Shown here: piece after piece, positions 1 to 17,589 of the stretch | How positions within the stretch are numbered: position 1 is the stretch's first letter | Layout of the letters: every line of letters begins with the position of its first letter | Translations under genes and position numbers: made by a program | Origin: Paraspadella gotoi | Taxonomy: Eukaryota; Animalia; Chaetognatha | NCBI GenBank assembly: GCA_051294375.1 | Contig: CM119264.1 | Location: 21,887,402-21,951,401 of the forward strand | Length of the DNA stretch: 64,000 bases | Direction: 5' to 3' | Notes under the pieces: model-generated | What the model was told of the DNA's origin: nothing | Database searches by the model: none | What the model saw: only the letters and a program-made list of their open reading frames with translations

Positions 1-167
1 TCGGTGCTGCCGAGAGAGGATCCCGGCAACTACGCAGTCGGGATGACGGCCTAAAAAGGTTGGGAGACAGGAGACACTATCGCCGATAGTACCGGGATAG
101 TTTCGGGAAAGACGAAGAGATTGTGAGAGAAAGATTGAGAGAGAGGAGAAGAGAGGAGATCCACGAT

Positions 168-207
<40 letters not shown>

Positions 208-345
208 TTGAGCCAGAACCAAAAGACCCAAAAATGGGTCTTCTTCATTTTTATTGGTCAAATTTATATGAAACTGCATTTTTGTCATCTGGCATCTCTC
301 TTAAGATAAAAGTCGTAATAAAGAGTCCATCCTATCTGAACCCAG

Positions 346-4031
<3,686 letters not shown>

Positions 4032-4290
4032 AACTTTTTTTATTTTTGCGATGGAAAAAAAGAGGTTGCCGTGGAAGTGGAGGATCGCGGCGAATAGAAG
4101 AGGGGATTATCGAGAGATGGATCGATACAAGATCCATCCATTTGTTTTGGTTTTAATACTACGAACAGTTTTTGGATTTTTTTTTTGTACCGGAAGGTCA
4201 ATGCTAAAGATTCCGCGAAGACTACTGAGTTCGAGGATACTTTTTGTTTTAGATTTTTTTTATCATGACAACTTTTCTCTGTCCAGAATC

Positions 4291-4292
<2 letters not shown>

Positions 4293-4338
<46 letters not shown>

Positions 4339-4517
4339 TACAAGCCATCCGAAAAATGTGATCGGTAATGTTGTGTTTGCGTTTTACCTACTTGCTGCTT
4401 TCCAAATGAAAAGAAAACAAACAAACAAAATTTTCCCAGGCATCTGTGTTGTTGTAAACGGTCACCATTTTAATTGTTTTTTAGCGATTTGTTTTTAGCC
4501 GACGCCATCTCTCTCTC

Positions 4518-4595
<78 letters not shown>
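4293..4595. repeat. (CT)n/(GA)n microsatellites downstream of the ALK stop
   Basis: Pure CT dinucleotide runs at about 4293-4338 and 4508-4595. Confidence 0.9.
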
Positions 4596-4597
<2 letters not shown>

Positions 4598-7085
4598 CTT
4601 GTCATTGAAAACTCGTGTAACTTTTGACCCCTTTTTCGAGATCGCACTCACGATCTTATATTTACATTTAGACCACACCGAACAACACCCGATCAAATCC
4701 TTCTAGTAATCTTTACATGAATTCACGCGCAGTCATTTTATGGCCCTTCTTTGAAACAATACGCGCAGAATCTGAACAGAAAAAAAATTGCGAGTAAATT
4801 TATTTTGTAACAACGAATATGATTTCGCGTCGTATCGGTTTCAAACTCAAAGGGCAATCGAAACCTTTCTTGAAACAAAAATTCCTATCGTGCCGAAAAA
4901 CGAATTGTACGTTTTCTTTTTTGGAGAAGTGGAAAAGAGCTAAAATCGATACGTATGTTTGGATTTATACATTTAAGCCCTGTACATACAAGCTCAATTT
5001 CCTCTCACGCAATTCCGTTTTGTTTTTTTGTTGTTTTTTTTTCGACTCCTTCAAAGTTAGAATGAATCACGCAGAACCGATAATCTTTTTTTCTTTTTTT
5101 TTTCAAACTGGATTACCCGTGGAACCTAATCTTCTTGCCTTTCGTTCTGTTCCCAGGCTCCCTAATATGTTACATATTAAAGAAAAAGAGCTTTATTCCT
5201 TATTGAAATATTTTTGTTGAAAAGTTGTTAAAAAAAATTACAAAGAGCAATTGTTTGTAGTGGGATTTCATCCACTCCTTTTTCATTTTCGAGTTTTCCC
5301 TGTTTCACTGTAAAGAAGAATTTGTCAACCGATTGTGAATTAAACTCTTCTGGTTATAAAGACGTCTCATAATTGTAAGTTCTTAATAAGTATAGTTCTG
5401 GTAGAACTTTTAAAATTTCTACGCTCATCCAGATTTTATTTTATGAGTACCTTCTCATTGAAATCAAATTCTCCTAGAATTTCTAGATACTAACTAAACG
5501 AAAACCTCCTCAAGGTGTTTAAGTTTAAGTTTAAGTTTAACAAAACAACCAAAAGCAAAAGCATTTTTTAAAGTTTTTGGTTTAGATTTAGGTAAAGAAT
5601 TTTTGTTTTGTTTTAGCTATCAGGCACCAGATGTCAGGCAATTCTCCAGCAAAACGATTAGATAGATAAAAGAGCACTACGTAAATTATATTTTGTTTTT
5701 GAGGTCGCCATCTTTTTACCAGTTACTTTCCTTCATCCATCATTATATTTATTTCATTAATTCCCGCAATCTTTTTCAAATTCCCCCTTTAATTTTCACC
5801 AAACCTCTTACGAATAAGTGTAATTCTAATATAAAAAAATGGATTTGTGTTTTGGGGTTTTATGCCCAATATTGTCAATGCAAATGCAACTCAAAATCAA
5901 AGAATCCAAAAATACTGCATAATGCAACAGCAATACGAATTAAAACTACAGATTTTAACAAAACTATCTATAGAAAAGTTTGATTGTAGTGGCAACAACG
6001 AATTTGTTTTATTAAGAAAAACAGCGCTGAAGAAGGTTCGTATTGTGAACCGAAACATGTCCGTTTTCTTAATAAAACAAATTCGTTGTTGCCACAACAA
6101 TCAAACTTTTCTCTAAATCACAATACACAACGAAAAGAAAGGAAAATAACATAATGTCTAACAAAACTATCGTGAAACGACGAATGCCTAAAACGTTTAA
6201 TTCTCGGAAACTATTGGTTTTCTTTATATGCTCTGCAGAAGAATCTATCTTCTAACCCGCGGAGACTTACGTTCATACAACGCCCGTCCGTGTTTTGATT
6301 TAATAAGTTTTATTTATAGAATAAGATAATGGAACGGTTGTGCAAAAAAAAAACAACAAAAAAACAAACAAACAAAAAAAAACAAACAAACAAAACGTGC
6401 TGAGACGGGATTATGACTTATTAAAACTTATGGTGGACTCTTAATAAGAGGCCTTGGGCCTTAGTGCCGTGTCACCCGAAGGTAACCAGACAATTTTCTG
6501 ATTACCAAATTGTTCGGCGGAAGGCTGAGGATTCTGGTCGTTTTGACGGTCTGTCAGTCTTATGGCACGAATCATTTTTCGTGGGGATCAAGTGCTGCCA
6601 TTTGTGTTCAGAATTCCTAATTGATATATTTTATTATAAATTACTCAGCTAACCTAATTGCGATTCAAATCGCAAAGCACATAATTAGCCAATTATTTTT
6701 AATGTATATTAATATTTGGTTAAAATATCGAATCGTTATAATAAGCCCGGAGTTACATGAACAAACATTGATTTTTGATTTTTGCTGTAAGCTATGGCTT
6801 CAATGGATTCAAAATGTTTGTATATTCATTCGACTGCTAATTGTGAACTTTTTTCTAATGTGCCCACGATTAATTGATATTTTGCTATTAATCGCATAGC
6901 TCTTTGTTAATAATTAAGGGATTAATAACGAGTTCATGATATTTTGTCGTTTACTTCTTGCTCGTTTTCGAATCCCACTTTCTCATTCTTCCTCTGCATC
7001 TTTTCCTCTCTCTGTCTCTCTGTCTCTCTTTCTCTATCTGGCACAGAAGAGCTCTATCTCCTCTCTTGCTTTTGCGTTCCATCAT

Positions 7086-7208
7086 ATTGGCCGATGCTAG
7101 ACAGATTCCGGCTTCTCATTGGTCGTCGGCGTGCCCCTTTTCGGATCCGCCGATCGTCATTGGCTCCGTTCTGCTCGATGCGATGGTTTTTTTTTGCAAT
7201 GTCATTGG
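7086..7208. promoter_or_regulatory. Cluster of four reverse CCAAT (ATTGG) boxes, candidate NF-Y-type promoter upstream of the tetraspanin
   Basis: ATTGG at 7086, 7118, 7159 and 7204 (spacing 32-45 bp) in a CpG-rich island within AT-rich DNA. Confidence 0.4.
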
Positions 7209-8192
7209 TTCCTTCCGCCAGACGTGGGATGTTCAGCCTTAGCGTTGTTAGCCAAGGGTGTTACGTACATTTGACTCGCTCCTAAAGAAGAAAAAGAACG
7301 ATGGAGAGAGAGAAAGTGAGGGAGACCTGTGCCAATGTATATTTTTTTTTCATAAGTCTTTTCTTCTAAACCGAAAAAAAAAGAAAAAAAAAGAAACCAA
7401 CTCGCAAATCTCTGGGATTTCTATCTTTTTCCCCCCGAAAAAACGATTTTCCACGATCCTATGAGTCTCTTACATCGTTGTGCGTGCGAAGCGCGGGAGA
7501 AGGCAAAGCCTCGTCGCAGTTCCTGGCATCGCTCTATTTTGCGCCTCCCGACTTCGTATCATAACGCCTTTCATGGTAAAGAAAGAAAGAAAAAAAAAAA
7601 GAATCGACACGAACGTGGAAAGCCGAACCAAATTTGGTCGCGCCATCGATTCGCTGACGTCATCCCGCGATTTTCGATCGCGATGCTCATTTCATCGATG
7701 ACCATTATTTTTTTTATTATAAGAAACTCGACGTCACGGATATTTGTTAAAAAAATCGGATAATTAATTCTTTTTTCAACATAAAACATTATCGGGGAAA
7801 AATGTGCAGAGGTGTCATAAGGCGCGTCAGTGTAATTCATCGAGCTAATCATTCTAAAAAGGAAAAAAAAAATTATTAAAATTTATTTAAATCGAATTTC
7901 ACATTTACCGGTGTAAAAATTTACTCGTATTGTTTGTACGTGTTTGTTCTCTGCCGATTGTCGATTGTTTCGTTGTCGATTGCATAAACAACTATATTTA
8001 TTTCAATAATGAATAGAGCGGTCCCCGACTATTCCAGCGCCCACGGCTGTGAAATTCTCACCAAGCACGCGTCATCCATTGTGAAAAATTGCTTGGCGGA
8101 CAACAAAAAGGATCGATAAATAACTCTTCTTTCATCAACGTCAGCACCCGGGACCAATTGACTCTCAAAACCGCCCTACATTATTTAACGAG

Positions 8193-8193
<1 letters not shown>

Positions 8194-8289
<96 letters not shown>

Positions 8290-8339
8290 ATCCTCGAGAA
8301 AAAAATTGTGTGAGACTCTCTCTCTCTCTGTCTCTCTCT

Positions 8340-8432
<93 letters not shown>

Positions 8433-8450
8433 TCTTCTCTTCTCTCTCTC
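8194..8450. repeat. (CT)n microsatellite block
   Basis: Two long, slightly interrupted CT runs. Confidence 0.9.
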
Positions 8451-8885
8451 TAACTAACCGGGATTAATGGACCAAAAAGTAAAAAAGGGAACTTTGTCAA
8501 TTCAAAGCAAAAATTCCATTGCGAAAGATGGGAGCAAAATATAAAATAGAAATCGGTCGCTCTTAACAATTCTTATCAATGACGCAATATTTAGTTAATG
8601 CGCTGTCACCCGCCTCCATTGGCACCGACGACGAATTCGATTATATCCCTTTTGTTTTCGACAGAGTGTGACAACTGCAGTGTGCCCTGGCGATTACAAC
8701 GGTAACTTTTTTGTATTTAAAAAAAGACGTGAATAACGCTAGAGGGCCGCCGCAGTTTGATCTTCACCGGAAAAAACTCTGGAAAAAAACATATTCTCTC
8801 TTTCGAGAAAAAGTTACGAATAAACAAAGGAACCCACAAAGAACTATCTAATTGTTTGCGACGCTTAACAAACTCAACTGGAAAA

Positions 8886-10642
8886 ATGGCGGTCGGCTGC
8901 GGGGCTACTTGCGCCAAAGTGATTCTCATCACTTTTAACTTTCTCTTTTGGGTAAGGAAATCGGGTGGGGACTTTTTACTACACAAAGTTTTTTTCTCAT
9001 CGGCATACTCTCTTTCTTACATACTCTTCCATTCCTTTCATCTCCACTCTTTCATCCAGATATCGGGCGTGGCCCTGCTCGTCCTAGGGATCTGGATCCG
9101 CGCAGACCCGACGATCGAGAACAACCTTCGCTTGGTGGAGAATCCGGAGTCGGGACCCATCATGACCAAGTACCTCGCTTACGCCCTCATCGCCATCGGG
9201 GGCCTCATCTTCGTCGTCGGATTTCTGGGCTGCTGTGGCGCCCTCAAGGAGAACAAGTGTCTCCTCGGTGAGTCGAGAGTAGAGAAGACAAATGAACAAC
9301 GGTTTGCTTTAAAAATACTTTTTAAGTTAAAAAAAAGTAAAAGAACAAATAATGAATTTGAAATTGTGATAATTAAAAAATAAAAGGTGATGAACTTACC
9401 GAGTTCACTAGTGATGATTTAACGGTTTTTTGTTTATACGTCGAGTTTATTTAACATATAAACAAAAGCGATATCAATAACCACGAAGACAATGAAGTTC
9501 TCTTGAGGTCGTGGCTCCCCTCGGGCGTTGTCTCTCTTGAGACATCTCGTGTCGAGCGAAAGACACAAGTGTGACCTTTGCCATTAGGGATCGCTGAGTC
9601 ATAGAGAAGCAAAGGAATAATTAGAAAGACAAATGAATATACAAACTTCCTGATTACAAAAATATCGATAACGAATTTAAAATATGGTTGCCAAGGATTA
9701 CGTCAAAGTGACCAAGCGATGAAAGAATGTGTTGAAATACCAAACTCGATGTTTTTTATCTCCCCAAACCGACTCGCAACCAATCTGCTCATTGCTCAAG
9801 CTCGAACCGAATCTTATCTCGAGACTATTTTTAGCTTCCGACTTTTTCCAGGGTTGTACTTATTCTTCCTCATCGTCATTGCCGGGGCGGAGATTGCTGC
9901 CGGGGTTCTCTCCTTCATTCACAAGGACAAGATCGAGAACAAGTTGGAACAGACGTTCACGAATAAGTTCAAGCTTTACCTGGACAACAATACCCAACCC
10001 GCTATCACCGAGGCCATCGACTACGTGCAAAAGACGGTGAGTGGAAAGAAATGAAATAAAATGTAGTTTTTTTAAAATGTCATACGAATGTTCGTAAGGA
10101 CTTTATAAAAATGGATCAAAACTGATTAAATGTAAGGTGTTGGTGATAAAAAAAATGTCGTCCCATAGAGATCTTCCACTTAAGAAAGAAACTAAAGTAG
10201 TTTTTAATTATCATTCATTAGCTGGTGTACCATAATATAAGCATCATTGAATTATTTTTGGACACATAATTTTTAGATGAAATGCTGCGGACCCAAAGGC
10301 TGGTCTATGGAGAAATACCGCGAATACAAGAAGCCAGAATCCTGTGGATCGGAAACGACCGGTTGCGTCAAAAAGTTGGCAGAGTGGGTTAAGGTGAGCC
10401 GATCGAATCAAGTCAATCTATGTACTTAATGCCAAAGAATATATCTGGAGTTTCTTGGTCAACTTATTCGAGAAGGCCCTTTAACCTATGTATTAACCAA
10501 ATTTTATAATTTTAATTTTCTGTGATGGTAGGCGAATGCTCCCATATTAATCGGCGTCGGATGCGGCTTTGGCGGCATCGAGATTTTCGGCATCATCTTC
10601 GCCATTTGTTTGTGTCGCGCCGTCGGTGAAAAGGACGACTGA
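8886..10642 (+). CDS. Tetraspanin (228 aa, 4-Cys large extracellular loop)
   Basis: Exons 8886-8951, 9060-9267, 9852-10036, 10277-10393 and 10532-10642 splice in frame (687 nt). The product reads MAVGCGATCAKVILITFNFLFW-ISGVALLVLGIW...GFLGCCGALKENKCLL...KCCG...PESC...GCVKKL...IEIFGIIFAICLCRAVGEKDD*. It has four TM segments, the CCG motif and a short cytoplasmic tail. Confidence 0.95.
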
Positions 10643-11499
10643 TAAACAACAAAAGAGCATCCACGACTCAGGTGAATTTTCTTTTTGTTTTGAAGAGTTA
10701 GGCGGAGGAGAATAACAATTAAAATTTATAAAGCTTATTATTTATTTTCAGCTTTGCATAATATTTTTTTATCAACCTCCTGCAATAATTGATTTTTTTT
10801 TCCGATTAGGTTGCACTTTTTCTTCCAAAGTCGAAGAGCAGTCTCATGCACATTACGCAAGTTTACATCAAATCAATATTCAACTATCAATTCCAAAATG
10901 CTTACTTTATTAAAGCTTGTTTTTTACAACTGCATTTTCGTAAATTAAGTTGTCGCAGGAATGGTACCAAAACAGCTCACATGACAAACCACTATTGTCG
11001 GGTTTGTATCGAATTTTTGACAAAAATTACCAAAGTTATGTTGAGTAGTACTTTATGGCGTTGTTGCTTTATAGAATTTGTGGTCTTCTGTTATAATTTA
11101 ATGTAACCCACATTTTTTTAATAGTATAGATTTTTTATTAAAATATATTCTAAGCTATGATCTCAATAAAATATTTGTAAAAAAATAATTTTAGATTCAA
11201 AATAATAAAGATTATTTACATAAAGAAATGGTGCCATACCTCTTTGTGAACAAAAATCAAAGAAAAGTGTAGAGGTAGCATTCCATTTTTTTTCAAATTA
11301 TATCACCATTGTAATTAATAAAAATTTCTTTTTTTGGCACCACCATCAGATCATTTAATGACTGATAAACGTTTGGTTTGATCTCGTTTAGTTCATAGAT
11401 ATGGAGTTAAAGTGCCCATTTTTGTATGTTTTTGAATCCTACAAATCATTTTGCTTAAATCAGGATTCTTTGAATCCGACCAAATTAATAAGTCATCGT

Positions 11500-13900
11500 T
11501 TTTCTTTAATCTTTAGTGTAGTGTACAAACACTTCGAAAGTTGTACAAATATTGGAATGGTACTTTAGTAGAAACCCAACCATCATCTCTATCCTAGATT
11601 TAGAAAATCTCGTAGTTGTCGTTGTTAGCCCCTAACACCATCTCCATCTCGAATTTTGTCATCATCCAACAATATTAACAATGATAATAATTGATCATAA
11701 CAATTTGCTATCATTATGTTCCTCCTACTTTCAACAACATGTCACGTAATCTACGTCATAGATGAATTGATTCTTGTAGAAATGAATCATTAGTTGAACC
11801 AATCCATCTCCAACCTCGTTGTCTGAGTTGGTCTAACTGATAATTAATTGGATTAATTACTTCAATGGATAACAATGCTAATGTAGCCATTAATCTATCT
11901 CTCGCAGCCGTAGCGTATTGCATCAGCACGTCAACAAACTTTTCTAATACTGAATAATTGATCTAATACTAGATAGAAATTAGCATTTGGTCATCCATTG
12001 TACATCATCGTAATCATCCTAATTGACTTAACATTAGAGATTATGATTAATACATTAATCTTAGCGATAACTGATTAATTGTGTATCGAGGAAAGTGATT
12101 CTGATTCTGGTTTCTAGCATCTCTTTGGCATAGTGATTTTTTTTCACTTGCTGTATCCCCCCCTGATGGTGTATTTTGATCCAGTGGCTGGTTGTAAATT
12201 TCAGCCATTAGTTTCATGGAATGCATCAGAAGAAATAGTGTCTGTTTCTGTTGCTCTTGGTAGTGCTATACTTGGATTCATTCCTGGTTCAGTTTGTACT
12301 GGAAATTTTGTTTCAGTAAATGATGTATTATTCTAACTTATAGCAGTTGCTAAAAAATATGAGTGACCATCCTAAACTATAGCTCTTCCGTTCAACCTTA
12401 TATTTGATTGAATCATGGGCTTGAAATGACTGGTAGATGCATTAGCTGATCAGGAACATTGAGATGCATGTTTCCTCATGAGAACTCAGTTTCCTGATAT
12501 CTGCTGTTACATGCTGTGATTGTCAACGTTTTTATTTCATCCTACGTTGTATATTATCCAAATTTGTATTTTTACTGAGAATTTTGGCAATAAATTATAA
12601 AGTACTAATATTATAAGAACTTACAAAATATCCTTTATTGCCTTTCTCAGTTAATACAAGCCAAATTCGTCCTCCAGCTTTCATTCTACTCTTGCATTAT
12701 TTGTTAAGGATTAAGAATGTACCTCTGTCTACTGAAACGAAATCGGGATAGAGTTGATAAATTATACATTCTTCTTGCCACAAAAAATATTCACATTAAG
12801 TTTGGAATTTATTATGTTTTCCAGTCTTGGTTGAAAGGTATTTGAATATCTGTGAAAGGTCAGCAAAGTTCTACTATCAGTTGATTTCATCTTTGTACCT
12901 TTCTGCATTCTTTCACCAAATTAGGTTTTTATCTTGCTATGGTTGTTGTTCTTTCTCTGCATATCTCCAATGTTTTCAATCAACTATGCGTGATCCATCA
13001 GTTTATAATCCAAAGCCAAATTAAGTCTTTTTTTCTTGTTGCATGTATTTGTGGCTATGTTAAATGCTTATGCCAATTTTATTCACAAAGGGTTTTCAAA
13101 AACGGCACATTACTGTTTAGGTTTAATTTTACTACATTTCAAACCTTTTAAGAAAGTCGTAGTTATGAAAGTTATATGTCTTTAAAGGTACTGTTCATAC
13201 AACTTTTTCAAAATCAGCGTCAACTTGTCACATCACTAAACTGTTCGATATGAAAATACCACCCTGAGGTCTGTTTATAAAACCAAACGACTGCACAGTT
13301 ATTAACAAAACAAAACAAACTTGATCGCATCACTCTTTCAATTAGCTCAAATGCCTTCTAAAGTTACAACAAAGTTATGTTGCAGAAAAGTCATCTTAAA
13401 TATCTGTGACAAATACTAACTATGATGAACTAAATGCCCTTTTAAGTTGTGATTTGCGGTACCTTTTTAACGGTCAAGGGAAAGTTTTTTATCAAGAATT
13501 TTTCTGAGGATACTAGTTTCGGTTCAAGAGCTGACCTTCATGAATTCATTTACTCATTATTTAGGAACATTTTCATTTTATCTTTTACTTATGGTACTCC
13601 CTCGATACATGCATGATACAAGTATCTTGATAGTAAGTCTTTGTTTGCCTTTTTCAATTTTTACGACAAAAAGGGTTGTTTACCACTTTTGGATGAAACA
13701 ACAATTTTTTTTGTAAGGTATGGTTATTGGGTAGTGGCTGGGAAAAATATAGAATCTCTTTCATTGATAAGTAAACAAAGAAATACCAACACATTAAAGT
13801 TGCTTTGTAGTATATTATTTTGGTTCTTCATGTTTGCAGCCTTTTTGTCTAATATCTCTTGTTGTAATAGAATCAGAAAAAAAATTTAAATTGCTCAAAA
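11500..13900 (-). pseudogene. Possible decayed multi-exon gene or transposon remnant
   Basis: The minus strand shows exon-sized, protein-like stretches bounded by AG/GT (e.g. TETKFPVQTEPGMNPSIALPRATETDTISSDAFHETNG; RMKAGGRIWLVLTEKGNKGYF|gtaagt near 12624), broken by many stops. Composition is AT-rich and CpG-poor, unlike the intact genes. No family recognised. Confidence 0.25.
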
Positions 13901-15533
13901 TGCTGCAAATATGTTTGACTATTTTCTGTGATGAATTATTCGTTTTACTAACCAATCATAAAGTTTTCATGCATATATAACCTAAAAGTATATATATTTT
14001 CACCTTGTCATTTCATCTCATAAACTATGATTACTGCCATCAAACCATATTCACATGTCGATTACGATCTATTTTAAGATTGAATCAAACTATTTGTATT
14101 TTTATAGACCATGTTTTATTGAAGTGTATTAATTAGTGTAAATAGCAACGTTTGTTTGTTATGGGCAGTCTGATTTTTTCATAACTAATTAATAGTCTGG
14201 CAATTTTCTTTCAAGGCTAATTTGTAAATTTTTAAATAAGTAGCAGTCAAGTTTTCCAATTTTAAAATATTTTTATTTCAAATATTGTTTATTTTTAATT
14301 TAGTTTAATAAAAAACTGAGGTGGTGACCACATTTTCTGTGTAAAATAGATTTTGCATGTAAAGCTTTATTTTTTGTATTTAAATTTTACTTAAAGACTT
14401 CCTAATTAACTTATTGTTGTCCATGTTGTAAAAACTGGCATATGTGGATATTGAGCATTGTGTGTATGAAAGTTTAATCTCCCCGATCCTTTTAAATTTT
14501 AGTACTTTTTTTTATAATTTGAAATTCAAAATTATTAGCTACATTTATAGTAAGAATTGTTTGTTGCCTCCTCATGACGCTGTTAGTTAATTTTTTCCAG
14601 GTGTGATTGTTTGCAACTTTAGATTAAACGTTATTGTTGGTACTATCCTAAAAGATTTTGACAATTTCAAAAAGTCCTGATTTTTTAAAAGAGATAATAA
14701 CTTTCAAAATTATAACAGCGACATATTTTGCATGTTGCAACGAAATTCTGTTCGATCCAATTATTTTAAAGAGCTTTTTGAAATGATTCTTTAAATATTG
14801 TAATCCTTTTACTGCTTTGTGATGCAGAAGCTGTGTTTTTAAGTCACCATAAACGTTTGTTCAAAACTGTGACAGAAATTCATATAGTACAGGCGACTCC
14901 AGGAGAAATGAGTTAACGTCAAACTTAGCCCAATGATTCTCTGTCTGTAGTCATTCCCCAACTCATCTTTTTTTTCTTTTTTGTTCAGTCTCAATAAAAA
15001 AAAGAAAAAAAATTCAACATTGTTTATACGACACAAAGATTTCCTCATATTAGCTAAAATAAAAACAAAAAGCCGAAAGCGCAAGAGAAGAAAAAAAAGT
15101 AAAAGAATTTTGCATTTGATCAAAAGAAGCAATAGATTCTTAGAGAGATAGCAAGAAAGAAGAAAGAAAGAAAGAAAGAAGAAAGAAAGAAAGAAAGAAA
15201 GAGAAAGAAAGAAGAAAAAGAAGAAAGAAAGAAGAAAGAAAGAAAGAAAGAAAAGAAAGAAAGAAGAAAGAAGAAAGAAAGAAAGAAAAAAAAGAAATAA
15301 AGAAGAAAAATAAAAAAATAAAGAAAGAGAGAGAGAGTCCCTGAGAGCCTTGTTTTTGATCCTAAGATTCTTTATTTTAATAGCTTTTTGAGCTTTCTTT
15401 CGTCGCCGAACCATCTTTTACAAATTCCCCCCGCCTTCATGAATCCTTTGATTCGATCGCGAGCGGACAAATGGCGCTTCGATGAGTTTTCGAAAAAATC
15501 CGATCGAAAAAACTCGTACAAAAAACTAAAACG

Positions 15534-17589
15534 ATGGGAAAGAATAACATCCTACTCAATTCCGCAACAACAACGAAAACTTGGAAAAAACTATCGAGCG
15601 GCTCGTTCGAACAAAGGGTCAGCTTGATGGCGGACAAAAACTACAGCGCCGTAAGAGGGGAAGCTGGGAAAGCAACGAAACAAGAGAACAAGTCCGAAGT
15701 CAAAACCGAGAAAGACAGGGTGAGTCTGAGCTGATTAGCACGAGTTGAGGTCAAAAAGCCAGATAAATTAAAACGAGAAATTAAATTTTAGGAACAATGT
15801 TTACGATGTAGGTGATGTAGAAGAGAAAATCGGAGTGTTTGAAAAAAAATTTTCAGTCTCCCTGCATTCAGAAATTTTTGATACGGCCGAATGAGCTGCA
15901 ATTGATAATGGATAAGGCTCTAAATGCGATGAAAACAGTTATCACCCTTGCCAACAATGGAGCGTATCGTGGGCTTTTAACAAGGCTAGGGGGGGGGGTT
16001 GCTAAGCACCCAAGGCGGTTTACGATCGTCCTCACGCTTCTCGTAGGGTCGGTAACGATTGAACGATTGAACGATTGAACCTGGCTTACAAGAGCTTTTC
16101 TTAATGAGCTACCGTGTCTCTAGTAGGGGTGAATTTTGCCATGCCCTCCACCGATTTACGGGCGTGTCAGCCTTTACTTAACTAAAGGATCCTAGAGAAT
16201 GGGTCTCGAACGAGCGAACTGCTTGTACAATATTTTTCATTGCCATTTACTACATTGTAATTCTTTATCGAATCAAATGTTCGGATTTTCCAACATTCCG
16301 TCCGCCATTACGGAGAAGGAGAAAATCCTCCAACGTAAATACAAAATCTACGGGCTCAACCGCGACTCTACCGCGCCGTCTTCGGGGTCGACGACGACGA
16401 CGACGACGACGACGCCGACGTGCAGAGCGACGACGTCGTCTTCTTACGAAATCCACGAGAAGAGATCCGGAGAAAAGATCGTCGCTTTCGACGACGATGA
16501 GAAGGCGTCTTACGCTCGACTGGAGTCGACGAGAAAGAGAAATAAAGGTGGGATCGGAGAGGAAAGAAAGCAAAGGTTTTATTTTATAGAGAATTAAAAA
16601 CAGGAAAATCCTGAGATGGAAACAAAAAGGCATCTTATGCGGTAAAGGTTTTATCAGAGACGGAAAAAAGGTAAGATTTTTATTAATACTGAAAAGAAAT
16701 TGGAAGATCTTTACTTGAGATAAAGATCGGAAGGTAAGGTAAGCGTTATTCCATCCGAAAAGAAAGAGGGATAAAGGTAAGTGAGATTAAACGTTATTAT
16801 TACATCTACTATCTACATCTACAATTTTCCTTTCGCCCTTGGACAATCCAAGGAAAGTTTGGGTGCTAATTGGTAATAAATTAAGCGTCTTCGTGCTTGG
16901 ACCTTAGGACTTTTCACAGCGTTGCTGGTAAGTTCAGGTGAGGAAAAGTTAAAAAAGCAATCAACGAGGATTAGATATAAAAGAGATACTTAATACATAT
17001 ATCAAGAGAACGAAGAAAAAAAAACAGAATGAAAAAAAAGAAAAAAAAAATAGCTACCATAACTTTTTGAGCGACCAAGAAATTGAGTCGGTTGCAACAG
17101 ACTGCTCGGCAGAGTTGAGGTAAAATCCGTCATCTTTTCATTTTCCCTTAATCGGGTTAAAAGGGAAAAAAAATTTCAGGGTGATAACTGAAGATTGGGT
17201 TAGGTCCAAAAAAAAAAAAAAAATTAACGGATAAAAAAATTAAAGCGGCTTTTTTAAAGAAGAAAAAGGAACGTAAGGAAAAAAAGAAAACAAAAAAAAA
17301 AGAAAGATGATGGAGAAAAAGAATGAAAGAAAAAGAACTCGATCAGCAAGCAAGCTACATTTTTTTTAACGCAATGCTTGCAAAATTTCCAGGCAGCTTG
17401 CTCTCTCGTCTGAAAAAGCTGGTCCTCCAAGAAAAGGAGGAGAATCTAGACGATGAGGAAGATTCTTACGTCGGCCAATGGGAGGATGAAGAGGATGAGG
17501 AGGACGTGATTGAGTCGCCAAGAGTGACTTCAAAACTACCGATGGGTGATACAAATTATGAACTCAATATTGACATAATGACTATCTGA
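15534..17589 (+). CDS. Putative lineage-specific gene, exon structure unresolved; acidic terminal exon
   Basis: An ATG-initiated 62-codon exon ends at a strong donor (gacagg|gtgagt, 15719). A Thr-rich ORF segment lies at about 16278-16597 and several GTAAG donors at 16670-16930. An acceptor ttccag| at 17393 leads into GSLLSRLKKLVLQEKEENLDDEEDSYVGQWEDEEDEEDVIESP...DIMTI*. No known domain recognised. Confidence 0.3.
15960..16085 (-). mobile_element. Truncated member of the tRNA-derived SINE family seen at 35670-35876
   Basis: CCCAAGGCGGTTTACGATCGTCCTCACGCTTCTCGTAGGGTCGGTAAC...GATTGAACC aligns by eye with CCCAAGGTGGCTTACGGCTGTCCTCACGCTTCCCGCAGGGTAGGTACC...GATTGAACC at 35762-35826. Confidence 0.6.

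Noticed and set aside
1-345. Possible further ALK exon at the window start
   Set aside because: All three + frames hit stops and no splice phase matches exon 346; left unassigned.
14839-15414. 191-aa Phe/Leu/Ser-rich ORF resembling a membrane protein
   Set aside because: Translation of a (TTTC)n microsatellite; the same applies to the many RERERE/SLSLSL ORFs.
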